DNA of 64,000 nucleotides from Monocercomonoides exilis PA203 (Eukaryota > Protista > Preaxostyla): the NCBI GenBank assembly GCA_001643675.2, contig LSRY02000003.1, positions 1,922,001-1,986,000 on the forward strand, written 5' to 3'. Every line of letters begins with the position of its first letter. Position 1 is the stretch's first letter. The notes below the pieces were generated by a model. That model did not search any database. It was given only the letters and a program-made list of their open reading frames with translations, and was not told the origin of the DNA. Both the position numbers and the translations under genes were made by a program. Below, piece by piece: positions 34,418 through 48,100 of the stretch.

Positions 34418-36287
34418 TTAGCCATGCTTCCACAAGACCCATACTGACATTGAATCTATTCCATCCAATTCGCTGATTCTATTCTCAAGAGGGAAAAAAG
34501 GGCTGATTTGTTTTTCTTGATCAGACGTAAATTTTGAAATATTCTTTGACTTGGAGCAATTTTCAGTATGCGAAAGTCTCTGTCCTTTTTCACCAAAAAC
34601 AAAAATTTCATCTTGCAATGAAGTTGATATTGGTGTTTGCCATCTTTCCTTTGCGGCTGGCTCTGAGTCAATTTTCAGGCATATCAGCTTTTCCAGCAAA
34701 GGAGGAATGACAATATGATACTGCTCTAAAGAGCTCAAGTTAACTTCACAATCCAGCTGAAAGCCACAAAATGGAATAACTTTTAGCAACTCGTCTATTC
34801 CTTCATCGCACCCTGTATTTTCAATTAGTTTTTTTTCTTTTCCCCTTTTGAAGCTTTCAGATGATTCATGCTCTTCGATTGACTTAGCAGATTTTAACTC
34901 TCTTTCTTCTCCTGACGAATCGCTTAGATCATCTTCAGCAGCTTCTCTTGTTCCTGTTTTCTCTTCCTTTTCGCTGTCATTGAAGTCCTTTTGCTTCTTT
35001 TGTTTGCCTTCTGCATTTCCTTCTTTTTCGCACAAGATTCCTCCAACGTCCACAAAATGCTCTCTGAAATAGTTGAAAGCAGGATCAGTGGCAGAAAGAG
35101 AAGCAAAATCAAAGCAGATTCTCTTCTCCAGCGATAATACGAGGATGTCCGTGTTAACTTTCATCGATGAACTTAAAATTGAAACGTATTCAATTTTGGA
35201 GTTGTTCAAGAAAAAGATAACAAGGAATAAAGAAATAAAAACAGGCAAAGAAATTTGAAAATCATTTTCATTTTCTCACTTTTCAGTTTTTATTAATTTA
35301 ACTTTTGCAAACTTCAAAAACTGGAATAATTGATCAGTCAAAGCATTGTCGTACACCACATCGCATGCAACATACAAAACTGGATTATTGTGGAGATAAT
35401 CAACATCATTCTGATTCCAGTTTAAAGAATTAATGTCGCCTTCCGGATGCTCACATAAATTTACTGAATAATTCATTTGTCAAAAAAGGTTTTAATAAAA
35501 ATTAAATTTACGTTATATTATCAAAACTATAAACATTCAAACTTCCTTTGTTCCAATCCAACTCTTTCACAAAAATATGATCCTTCTTCACAAATGGTTT
35601 ACCTGAATTATGCCGGACATTTTCCACAATTATTGGCAAGCACTCTTCAACAACTTCTATAATACGATGCAAATGAACAAAAGTAATTATATTTCAAAAT
35701 TATTTATCCACAAACCAGTTGCATAGACACGGTTACAAAAAGATGATAGAAATAACGATGGAATTCCAACTCCACATCCAAGTTCAACTGCACACGGAAT
35801 GCTAAAACAAGGATTGTTTTTTTGTATTGAGTTTATAATGCAAAAAATCCAATCAACGCAATAAAGGCTGCCTCTCCAAATCTGAAGTCCAACTTTTGAA
35901 AGTGGAGTAGATCCGCAATGGAGAATTATATATCTCTCATTTCCAGTAAAAGTTTTTTGTTCTTTTCCTTTTCTATTTCTTCTTGATGTTATTATATCTT
36001 TTTACAAAAAATAAAAGTTTAATATTTTGACAATGAAAATCATACCCCCATCCTCATCTACAAGAAGATTTTCACCATCTTGATGCTCACGCAAAGGAAT
36101 TTTGATATTTATTTCTGTTGATAAAATATCAAAACCTTTTGATTCGTGCTTTTGAAAAGCAATTGGAGCAATATCACGATGAACCTCTAAAAAAATAAAA
36201 CATCAAGTTATTAAACAATGAAAAGTTAACATCCATACCAGATAGTACATATTCTGCTTTGATATTAGAGCTAGGAAGCGTACACAT
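34418..36287 (-). CDS. METTL22-like protein lysine methyltransferase (Methyltransf_16), multi-exon
   Basis: Exon fragments YVLS.VH, LVDEDG, HCGSTPLSKVGLQIWRGS, VELGCGVG (SAM motif I), LNW, ACDVVYDNALTD, LSLEKRICF. Exact exon boundaries not all resolved. Confidence 0.8.
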
Positions 36288-36378
36288 GTTATCAATTCAC
36301 ATATTTCAATTCATTGATCTTTCAATTAATTAATTTTTTGTTGGGCGAAGATTATTTGATCCTGCTATTGCAATTTGA

Positions 36379-39300
36379 ATGGCTGAGTTTGACCACACTA
36401 CCGCACTAGCGATGCTGCGGCAATCAATATCAGACCTGGCAACTAATTATAAACCTCCAGAAGAATGGAAAACAACACTTTCTTTGTTAAGTCAATTAAA
36501 TAAACTCATTATTGATTCACTGTTTGTTTACATTTCTTAACAACATAGAGTTGCTAATTTCGTAATTTAATTCCAGTTCGATCAAACAATTAGACGATCT
36601 CACGCTTAATATTTGGATTGATTTTTTACATAATTTGAATAGCCTTGTTTCTTTGGTAAACATTCAAACATTTTCGCAATCATTCACTTACCATTTGTTT
36701 ATTTATTTATAGATTACTGCACAGGAGAATTGTGGAGTCATTGGCTCACTCGTTTTAACAACAGAAATTACACTCAAACTTTTATATCATGCAGCTCGCT
36801 TTGTATGCTATTATTCTAACTATATCCTTCGTAATCTTAAAATACTATGTGCATGATCTATTATATGTTGCTTTTTAGATGGGGCAAAGTTCCATGAACA
36901 TGGTTAAACACAGTCGAGAAATTGCAAATTTGGTCACGTTTCTCGATTCGCTGAAAGAAACTTCAGGGCGTTGCACAAACATTCTTGTTGAAAAATCTGA
37001 AGATCCAAGGTCTGAAAATTGTTATTATATTTAACTTCACGCTTTTTAAAATAAATGTTTAAAAATTCAATTCTTTCAAATTCTTCACACCTGAAAGGGT
37101 TCCTCCATCTGTAGCTGGAATGATCATAACATCTATTTCAAATGTCATCCGATCGAATCCGAAAATGACTATTTCTGTTATGATGCTTCCTCTACTCCAG
37201 ACTCTGGTTTGCAAACACAATAACTTAATTTAATATTTCATTCAAATTTTGATATAACTTTTTTAATATTTTTTTTTTAATATTTTTTTTCTGAAATTTA
37301 TCAAAAATAAATAAATAAATCTTCTGTTAATTGCACATCACATTCAATTTTGCATTGAAATGCTAATTTTTTATTTTTTTCATTTCTAAAGGTTAAACGA
37401 CATCCTTCAAGAGAGCCTGATTCTGCCTCCTATTTTTTTGATCTTCGCCTGTGCTTTTATCATTTTTCAAAGTATGTTAATTTATTTCATAGAAAACAAC
37501 GTATTTTTTTTCAAATTTGTTTTTGCTTATCTTTTTTACAAAATGAAAAATAATATTTTTATTTTTTAAAACGTAATTTATTTTTTCCTTTTTGATCAAT
37601 CCTATATATATTTATTTACATCCTCCCCACACCCTCCTTCTCCAATCCTTCTTCTCCTCTCTCCCTCTTTTTCTCTAACCTTCTCTATTCTTCTTCTCTC
37701 TCTCTCTCTCTCTCTTTCTCTTTCTCTCTTCCTCTCTTCCTCTCCCTCTCTCTTATTTATTTATTTATTTATTTAATTTTTCTCTTTCTCTTTAACTTTC
37801 TTTCTCTCTCCCTTCTTTCTTTCTTTCTTTCTTTCTCATTCAACCAGACTCGAAGAAACCAAGCAGATAGCACACCAGTCCCAGCCGTATTATCAGGCAG
37901 TGATGGCAGCCAAAGTGATGGCAGGAGACAAAATGGCTCAGTCAATCCCGCTCATTCAGCCTGTCCATACGAATCAAGCGCAATTGCCAGCTTCTCAACA
38001 ATCACAGCAACAACAAGAGAAGGAGAAAGAGGAGAAAGAGGAGAAAGAGAAAGAAAAGGAGAAAGAGAAAGAGAAACAAGAGAAACAAGAACAAATGAAT
38101 TCAAATTCTTCTTCTTCTTCTTCTTCTTCAATCAGAATGGAAGTAGAACCAACATCAACAATCGATGATTCGATGAAGCAGTCATCATCTGAATATCCAC
38201 AAAGGGAGAATATGAAGGGAAATGCGATGGAAATAGAAGAAGGAGGAGGAAGAGAAGGAGAAAGAGAAGAAGAAACAGCAATCTCTAAAAAGAAAGCAGA
38301 CATTGAGGCGAAAGTACTGCTGAAGAGGATTTTGAGGGAAGTGAGTGCAAACACAGTGGCTGAGATCTTGGCAAGGGAAGAAGAAGAAGAAGAAGGTGAA
38401 GAAGGAGAAGGAGAAAAGGAAGAAAAGGAAGGAAAAGAAGGAAGAAGGAGAAGCAGAAGAAGAAAAGATAAACCATCATCATCATCTTCTTCTTCTTCAA
38501 CAGCAGAGCAAAAAGAGAATTTTGTGTATTTGATGAAGCTTCTGATGAAAAGAGAAGAAAACAAAGGAAGTGGTAATTCAATGCGAAATGATGATTTTTC
38601 AATGAAAGATGGGGCGAACGAAGAGAAAACAGGGTTTGATGAAGAAGTCGTGAAACAAGCTATTTCTGCATTGAAAGATTGCTCTCTTTCTTCTTCTTCT
38701 TCTTCTCTTTCTTCTTCTCTTTCTTCATTAAATTCTTCTTCTTCTGTTTCTTCTTCTATTTCTTCATCTTCAACAAATCTAAGGAAGATGTTATTGTCTC
38801 AATATACATCATCATCATCTTCTTCTTCTTCACCTTCTTCTTCAATTTCATCTTCAGCTTTATCTTCAGAAGAAGAGAAAGAAAAAGGAGAAAAAGAAAA
38901 AACCGAAAAAGAAGAGCAAAAAGCACAAATGCTTCGAATTTGGGGTGTTTTGATGAAATTGAAAGGGATTCTCAATGAAAATGCAGAAGAAGCAGAGAAA
39001 GTGAGGAAGAAGAGAGAGAGGTGGAAGAGGCAGCTGAAAGAGAGGAAACAAACAATGAGAAGGAAAGAAGAAACTTTTGGGTTGTTTTTGGAGGAAGAAG
39101 GAGAAGAGGGAGAAGGAGAAGGAGAAGGAGAGGAAGGAGAAGGAAAGGAGAAAGAAGAGAAGGAGAAGAAGATAGGAAGAGAAGAAGAAGAAGAAGAAGA
39201 AGAAGGGAAGAAGAGAAAGAGAGAAAGAAAAGAGGAGGAGGAGGAAGAAGAAGAAGAGGAAGAGGAAGAAGAAGATGATGATGAAGCAGATGATGAAGAT

Positions 39301-42300
39301 CTTTCGTTGGATGAGGCAGAGAATGAGCTGGTGGAAGAATTAGAGAGAGAAATGACAGGAGAAGTTAAAGCAACATTCAAAAGGAGAAAAATAGATGAGA
39401 TGGAGAAAGAAGAAGAAGAGGAGGAAGAAGAAGAAGAAGAAAAGAAGAAAAAGAAGAGGAAAATGGAAGAAGAAGAAGAAGAAGAAGAAGAAGAAGAAGA
39501 AGAAGAAGAAGAAGAAGAAGAAGAAGAAGGAAGAAGAAAAGAGAAGGAAGAGAAAAGACTTGTTGATATGCAGGAGAGAGAGAAAGAGAAAGAGAAAGAG
39601 AAAGAGAAAGAAGAAGAAGAAGAAGAAGAAGAAGAGAAAGTGAAGAAACAAGAAGCAGCGTTGAAGGCAATTGAAGAAGAGAAAGAGAAAATAAAAGAAA
39701 AAGAAAAAGAAAAAGAGAAAGAAAAAACAAGTTATGAAGAGAAGCTGAAGAGAGAAGAAATAAAAAGAGAGAGAAAGAAGCTAAAAGAGAACGAGATGGA
39801 GACGCACATTTTGCTTCGGATGGTTTATTCTTACTTCAACATCAAATACATTTATGAACCTTTTTCTCAACCTCATCCTCTTCCTCTTCCTCATTCTCTT
39901 TCTCTTTCTCTCCAAAACGACTTCACTTTCTTGTCTACATTTTCGTTTGCTTCTTCTTCTCCTGCTTTTCCTCATCCCGTTGTTGCTTTACCTCCTCTTC
40001 CTCCTCCGCCTTCTTCTTCTTTTTCTTCTTCCTCTTCCTCTTCTTCTGCTCCTCCTTCTCTCTTCCCTATCATCTCTTCCCTCTCTTCTTCTTCTTCTTC
40101 TTCTTCCTCACTTAATTCTTTCTCCAACCTCACCACCTCCCCGTTTCTCTCTGCTTCTGATGCTTCTTCTCTCCCTTCCTCCTCCCTCACTCACGCCTCC
40201 TTCCCTTCTTCTTCTTCCTCTTCTTCCTCTTCTTCCTCTTCTTCCTCTTCTTCCTCTTCTTCCTCTTCTTCCTCTTCCTCCTCTCCTTTCTCCTTCTTCT
40301 TCCCCTTCTCCTTCACCGAGCCCTCTGACCGCCTCCTCCTCCTCAATGAGCGTGTCAGCTCTGCCATCGTCCGCAGCGCCGTCTCTCTCCCACTCGATTC
40401 TCCATTCAACATGGAGCTCCTTTCCCTCATCATTTGTGGGTTTTCTCATCCGCTTCTGGGGATAGATGAAGAGAAAGAGAGGCAGAAAGAGAGAGAAAGA
40501 GAGAAAGAGAGGGAGAGGGAGAAGATGAGGAAGATGTTGGAGTTGGCGCAGATGAAGAGAGGAGGAGGAGGAGGAGGGAGTGAAGGATCAAATATGTTTA
40601 TTCCTTCTTTTTCTTCTTCTCTTTCTTCTTCTTCGTCTTCTTCTTCCTCCTCCTCCTCTTCTTCTTCTTCTTCTCTTTCCACCCTCAAGCTTCCACCCGA
40701 AGTTGAAGCAAAAGTGGCGTATGAAGCAGAGCAAAGAAGAAGCCTTGCTTTGAAATGGCTGTTTGCCGAGTTTGTGAAAGCAGCCGAAGAGAAAGAGAGA
40801 GAAGAAGAGGAAGAGGAAGAGGAAGAAGAGAAGGAGGTGATGATGGTGATGAGGGAGGTGGAGAGGAGGAGGAGGAGGAGGGAGAGGAGGGAGGAGAGGA
40901 GAGCTGCTGGAGATGATGATGAGGAGGAGGAGGAGGAAGAAGAAGAGGAAGAAGAAGAAAGTGAAGAAGAAGAAGAAGAAGAAAAGAAGAAGAAGAAGAA
41001 GAATAGCTCCAGTGTGAATGAAACAGAAGCAGAGGGAGAAGCGAGAGAAGAGAAGAGAAGAGAAGAAGAAGACGAGCTGGTGAAGGAAATGATGCCGAAG
41101 ATGCATAAAGACTCTTCTTCTTCTTCAATGAATTCTTCGATTAACCGATTTTTGTCTATGTTTGACAGGAAAAGAGAGGAAGAGGCAGCGAGGGAGACAG
41201 TTAGAGAGCTGAAGAGGATGATGGAGGAGAGGAAGAGGAAGAGGGAGGTGAGGAGAAGGAGAAGAGAAAAGATGGTGAGGAAGATGGCAGAGAAGGAGGG
41301 AAGAAGTGAAATGGATGAGAAGGAGGAAGAAGAAGAGAAAGAGAAAGAGAAAGAGAAGGAAGAGGAGGAAGAAGATGATGATGATGAAGATTGTTCAATA
41401 GATCATGTGTTATATACAGCAAATCTGATGTTAAAAACTCCACTTTCAACAACTCCTTTATCTTCTTCCACTTCATCATCATCTTCTTCTTCTTCTTCTT
41501 CTTCTTCTTCATTGACAACTTCTTCACCTTCCTCCTCTCCTTCTTCTCCCTCATCTCTCCCCCCCTCCTCTCTCCGCATCCTCTCCACCGCGCTCTCCCC
41601 CTCCCCCTCCTCTTCTTCTCTCACCCGCCACTTCCTCTCCACCCGATTCACCCCTCTCCTCTCCCTCATCCTCCACGGCTGGTCTGTGCAACTTCCTCTT
41701 CTGCTCAATGGGAAGATGCAGCAGCCGCACCGAATCTTCCTCTCTCTGCTGACGATGCTGCCGTCTTTGCCCCGGCCAGCGGTGTGTGTGGTGAGGAGGA
41801 TGCTGATTGGAAGCTATGGGCATGTGGACGATGGGTGTGTGTGTGGGGTGGTGGAAGGGTGGGAGGAGGGGAAGAGGTGGAGAGAGAAGAAGAGGAGGGA
41901 GAGGAGGAGGAGGAGGAGGGAGAGGAGGGAGAAGATGAGGAGGTTGGGGATAAGGGGGAGGAATAATGTATATAGATACGGAAGATATAGAGATGAAGAG
42001 GAAGAAGAGGAAGAAGAAGAAAATGAAGAAGAAGACAAAGATTTTGACTTGATTCGCAACATCACGTGGTTCAATACGATGCAAGTACACATCCACAACA
42101 TTCTTTCTGCTTCTCTCCGTTCGCATGGAAATCTCTTCTCTTCCATCCACAAGCACTTCTTCCTCAACAAACCACACAAAAATCTTCTTTCTTCGCTTAT
42201 GCTTCCTCATTCTTTTTCATCATCATCATCTTCTTCTTCTTCTCTTTCTCCTTCTCTTTCTTCCTCCTCTTCCTCCTCTTCTTCCTCTTCTTCCTCTCTC

Positions 42301-43551
42301 TCCTCCCACACCACCCTCCTCCTCTCCAACCAGCCCGTCCCTTCACTCGAAGTCTACGGCCTCTTCCTCCTCCGCAGCTTGGTTGAATCACACCCCCTCC
42401 ACCGCTTCTCCTTCTTCTCGCTCCTCCTCCACTTCGCTTGCCATTCCCCTCTTTCTTTCTCTTTTCTCTTCCATCCGAATTCTTCATTTTACACAGCGCA
42501 GCCACTCACACACGAATTCTTTCTGTCTGCTCCTACTGCTGCTACTGCAGTTGTTATGTCTTCTTCTTCTTCTTCTAATTCTTCTTCTTTAAATAATAAT
42601 AATAATGCTAATGAAGCACAAGGAGCATTAGGATTATCAAAAACATCTTCTTCTTCTTCTTCTTCTCTTTCTTCTCTTTCTTCTTCTTCTTCTTCTCAAT
42701 CACTTGGCAGAGAAGCAGCACTCAAGGCGATGATGCACAAATTCCTTCCATTGGAGAATTGGAAGGAGCTTGTGGTGAATTTTGTGGTGAACGTGATGGA
42801 AGAGATATGTGTGAGGTATGAGGAGGAGAGGAAGGAGAGGGAGAGGAGGAAGGGGGAGAAGGAGAAGGAGAAAGAAAGAGAAAGAGAGAAAGAAAAAGAA
42901 ATTATCAATGAAAATGAAGGCAATAAGGAAGAAGAACAAGGAGAAGAAGAGGTTGATAATCAAGAAAACAAACAAAGTTTGAATGAAACCGAAATAACTA
43001 ACGAAAATGGAATGGAAAAAGATACAGTTCAAAAACAAGAATCGGAAAATATCAATTCATCATCATCATCATCATCATCATCACTTCATCCTCATTCATC
43101 TTATTCACTTCCTCCTCTTTCTTCTTCTTCTTCTTCTTCTTCTTCTTCTTCTTCTTCTTCTTCTTCTTCTTCTCTCCCTCCTCTCCCTCCTCTCCCTCCT
43201 CTCCCCCCCATCTCCGACATCTTCGATGCTCCATTCCACGCCTTCCTCTCTCTCATCGTGGCCGACCCGCCCCGCCTCCCCCTCCTCATCCGCCTCTACC
43301 TCCTCTCCTCCCCCCCTCTCCGCTCTGCCATCCTCCTCCATCCTTCCATCAAAGAACTCGCTATTGTCGTTCAGCAGCACATGGAATTCTTCAAAGACAC
43401 CGTTTCCCGCTCACAGCCCTTGGCTTACCCGCTGCTTCTTCGCTTGACTTCGCTGGTGTACCCGCATCAGAGCGTTCCGTATCTGCTGAGAGAGGCGCTG
43501 GAGAAGCTGAGGAAACAGCTGGAGGAGTCGGGAACGGTTATAGATGCATAG
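36379..43551 (+). CDS. Symplekin/Pta1-like 3'-end-processing scaffold with large poly-Ser/poly-Glu insertions; short 5' exons plus one long exon (~37849-43551)
   Basis: Motifs in the expected order: SLALKWLFAEF; IFLSLLTMLPSLP; GLFLLRSLVESHPLHR..LLLHFACH; REAALK; FLSLIVADP..LIRLY..LRSAIL. GT-AG exons upstream from ATG 36379. Recognised by eye. Confidence 0.65.
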
Positions 43552-44251
43552 AAATGAAGATATAAATAATAAACATTTTGTGATAGATCAAAAAGAACGA
43601 AAACTTCAAGTGTCAATAGATATTTTTGAAGCTTCATTGTTTTAAATGAGCATGTTATATGAAGTATTGAAGTCGTAGCGATTCTTCTTTCTTATTTATA
43701 CGGAACTAATTGCATTTAAAGTATTTATGACAAAAATTTTTAAATTTTGTCATGTTTTAATAATTTTTATTTTTGATCATTTCGCAAAGGGCACTTCAAT
43801 GTTATTTTCAAATATTACATGAAACTCCGTTAAAAGGATATATGTTTGAATGAAATGTTTTTATGACTTGAAAGTTGTGGACCAAAAATAACAGAATAAA
43901 ACAGCAAAAATTGAAAAAAACTTGACAAAAGCTAAACATTGCTTTTTTAAATGTAATTAAAATATAGAAAGTCTATGCATTAATAATGAAGTTTAAAAAA
44001 CGAAATAATTCTAAGTTCATTGAAATATTCGATTAATAGCATTTTGTTAATATCTTATATAATACGCGCTAAATACTTATAAAATTATAAAAATAATAAT
44101 AGAAAAAATTTGTTTAGTTAAAGAAACATTAATATTTCACATATATAATGATATTTATTAAGAATTTTTAACATGAATTTGTTCAAATATTATAATATAT
44201 GGGTTAAATAAATTACCGTCTGCGACCATTGATCAGTATCATTCTACAAAA

Positions 44252-44932
44252 ATGGTATACTCCTTCGATAATAAGTTTTTGTTTCTGTAAAATTGTTTGG
44301 TTTTATTTTGATGCATGAATTGTAGGCAATTGATTTAGTTGCTGGAGGAAGATCCAAGGTCACAAAGAAGACCCGCACAAACTCAAAAAACCCATACATG
44401 GCCATGCTCATTAAGGTTGGAGTTAATATTACAACAATATTTAATATAATTTTAATTTTAATATTTTGCAATTATTCAGTTGTACACATTTCTCGCAAGA
44501 CGTACTAGATCTAAGTTCAACAAACTTATTCTTCATCGTCTGATTAAATCAAGAACAGTTCGTGCTCCAATGACCGTGAGCAAAATTGCTCGTTTGATGA
44601 AGAGACAAAAGAGAAAGACCGCTGTTGTTGTTGCAACTGTCACTGATGATATTCGTCTTCTTGATCTCCCAAGATTGCGTATTGCTGCTCTTCGCTTCAC
44701 GCAAACAGCACGTGCACGCATCATCAGAGCTGGAGGTATTTGCATGACCATTGACCAACTTGCCATGAAATACCCAACAGGCAAAAACACTGTCCTTCTT
44801 CGTGGACCACTCAAGGCACGTAAATCATACAGATACTTCGGACAAGCAGCTGGTCTTCCACACTCACACACAAGACCAAGAACACTCTCGAAGATTTCAG
44901 AGAGACAAAGAGGTTTCAAGGGAAGCAAGTAA
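44252..44932 (+). CDS. RPL18: 60S ribosomal protein eL18; exons 44252-44254, 44326-44415, 44480-44932
   Basis: Spliced product MAIDLVAGGRSK..SKNPYMAMLIKLYTFLARRTRSKFN..VTDDIRL..AALRFT..PTGKNTVLLRG. Two phase-0 GT-AG introns. Confidence 0.97.
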
Positions 44933-45132
44933 ATGCCTTTATCTTGTCAAACTTTTGCATTTTTTCATCTTTATGGCATTTCATTATGGATCATCCTCGT
45001 CATTTAATGTTTCTCAAATAACAGAATAAGCTCTTCAAAATTTTTCTCTATTCTTTGTTGAGGCCATATATAAAAAATAAAATTTAAAAATCAACATATT
45101 GTGGGTGTTGATCAATGTGTTCTTGAAAAGCT

Positions 45133-48100
45133 ATGAGTTCGTTTTTATTATTTTGTTTGTCAGGCTTATTGATCGAATATTATTGCGAAAGTTATGATAG
45201 ATTTCGAGAAAGCGAAATGAACATGAACAATTGTCTCGCAGATAGTGCAGAATTTTCTATTTTGCTGAATTCTTTTATCAACGATGAAAAAGATTTCGTG
45301 CAAAGTGAGAAACTGCTTAACAATTCTGCATTATTATGCTTTAAGAAAAACAATGTTTCCTTTTCAAAAAACGAAAAGAAGAGTTCTTCATTTCTTTTTC
45401 AATTAGCAAATACGTCTTTCTGTCTTTCTTTATTTACTGTTGAACAACCAAAAAATGGAGCGATTTGTTATGCACACGATGCTTCTTCTTGTTATTTAGA
45501 TTCGTGTCGTATTATTCTTACTTCAAAAAATCCACCATTAACATCAGCATGCGGAAAAGTTTTGTTATCGAATGTTTCATTGGCAAACGAAATTCTAAAA
45601 AATTCACCAAGTGTTTATCCATCTATGGTAAAGGAAATGTTGGTTGCAAATTATTATGAAACGGGTTCTGTGACTATTGAAAAGTCTCAATTTTCCAATT
45701 TTGTTGCAAGCTTTTCATCTGCTTTTGCAGCTACTTCACTTTCTTCTGAAGTATCTATTTTATCGTCTCAATTTTCGAACATTTCTGTTGCAAATAAAGC
45801 GAGTACAGATGGCTTTGTAGACATTTATCGGGGATGTTACTCGAATCAGGAGGTTGTTCTCGCACATAACACTTTTAATGGAGTAACCAATCCATTTTAT
45901 GGTACAATTGTCACTGGAATTAAAAAACATCCGTTCTATTTTGAATCGAAGAATAATACGTATTTTTCTTGCGTTCATGCAGATACAAATAATACAATGA
46001 ATGCTAAATCTGGGATTACGTCTTCAGTTACAACGTTGGGACTACCCGTTATGAATGCATTTGAAATACATTACATAATGACAAGGGCGACCGTCAACAC
46101 GCGAAATGAGACGCGCGGGCAGGTGCTATTTCAAGATGACGAGTTTGACAATTGCAGAGGCATCGACAAGCATGGTGGTGCCATTTATGTGGATGACTCT
46201 GAAACCGTGTTCACAGTTCTGCGCTCAAAGTTTTCCGGGTGCTCCACAAACAAGAGAGGAGGAGGTATTTATTCTATCCTTGTGGCTGAGATGATGATCA
46301 TGGAATGCCAATTTGCCAACTGTGAAAGCGGAAAAGAAACCAATTCTGTACATACAAGCTCAGGCGGAGGGGTGTATTGCTATTCGCACCAGTCGTCTGC
46401 TGTGCTGGAAAGCTGCGTGGTCAGCCAATGCACAGGCAAGTTCGGTGGCGGCTTTGACATTCAGGGAATGGAGGATACGCTGAATGGAGTTACAATAAAT
46501 AACTGCGAGTTTCTTGGCTGTTCAGCGTCTCCATACAGTTCAGGTGGAGTCGAAGTCGGAAACACGAAGAAAGGAACAAAAATCACGGAATGCACATTTC
46601 GGGGTAACACTGCGTATACAAACGGGGGAGGACTGTATGTAAAGACGAGCACGTGGATGAAAGAGGCAACTGATGGACAAACTCCAAAGTTTATTACGTT
46701 TTGTTTCTTCCATGAAAATAAAGCCGATGAGAAGGGACACGATATTTTTATCAGAGGAGAGGATGTTACAGCAACGCCTTGCTACTCTTCGTTCTCGACA
46801 ACAGTCGATGGAACAGGAGAAGGACGTTTTTACATCTTCCGCAGCAAAGCTGACCAGGAGAAGAAAGACGAATGGCTATTGCTTGGCATTCTTTCGAGGT
46901 TTGTTGATCCTAATAACGGTGACGACGCTGATCCGATGTGCGGGATTGACAAAGAGACCGCCTGCCAATCCATTTCGGAAACGATTGCTAAGACACACCA
47001 AACAGAAGAGCAGAGACTGAAATTGGTGAGCACACAATTTGCACCAAGCGATACGATTGCAATTGGCTCAAAGGTGATAGTGATAAATGGAATGGACAGA
47101 GATAATACGATTTTATCTGACGATAACATAACTGCGACTTCTTCTGTGCAGTCAAATGCGGCATCTACTCATCTGCTGTTAACCGTTGATGAAGGATCGC
47201 TAACAATAGCAACGCTGAAGATTGAGCACGTGCAGCTTACGGCTTCCATTGTCGCAGTTACAAATGCGAATGGAAGATTGTCCTTTCGAAATGTTGAGAT
47301 TACTTCACAACAGCAATCGTCTTTATCACTGGAGCGGAACTCTGATGCTTTGCGTTTATCGACGGAGAAATTAATGAGGCATCGGGGAATTAATCCAAGA
47401 TCTTCGGATGTATTTACAGCACCTTTGTTGGAAGTTTCTGGTGGAAAAATTGTTGTTGAAGATTGTCTCATTCATTCTTTTAATTTGAGAGATACTTCAC
47501 TTTTCAGTTTTCTGAATCCAACAAATGTTGGAACCGATTTATCTGCTTCGAAGACAAAGGCAAATGCTGTTTCTTTGACTTCATTTACTGTTCAGGGAAC
47601 AACTTTTACTGATATTCACAGACTTTCTCCAACAACAGATGCAAACGCTGACTCTGCTTCATCTTCAGGCGAAGTTCCTGCAATCTTCCACCTCCAAAAC
47701 ATTAAAGTTCCTATCTCTTTGAAGGATGTCATCATAAAGGAATGCTCATCTTACGTAATTGTTGGCTCTTATGCACTGCTCTCAAATTGTGCATCCGTTA
47801 CAATAGATCGCTGTCTTTTCAATGGAACTTCGCAGAAATCTGGTGGCAAACTTACAACATCAGAAGAAAACTCAATTAAATCTTCTCATGTGGGAAGTCA
47901 AATGTTGCTTGATCCAAAAGAAGAACTTGCCAATGCCGAAGCTGAAGGAAGTGTGCGCGAGGTGTGCGGATGGGAAGGTTCTGTTGTCCTTCTTGTGTCG
48001 TGTACAGGGTCTGTCACAAACACAGAAATGACTTTGTGCAAAGACGGGGCTCTGAGCATCAAGGGCGGTTCAGTGGTGCTGAAAGGCAATGATTTCCACG

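Noticed and set aside
37995-43447. Many overlapping antisense and alternative-frame ORFs (also 9520-10576 and 29205-30285)
   Set aside because: By-products of stop-poor purine/pyrimidine repeats.
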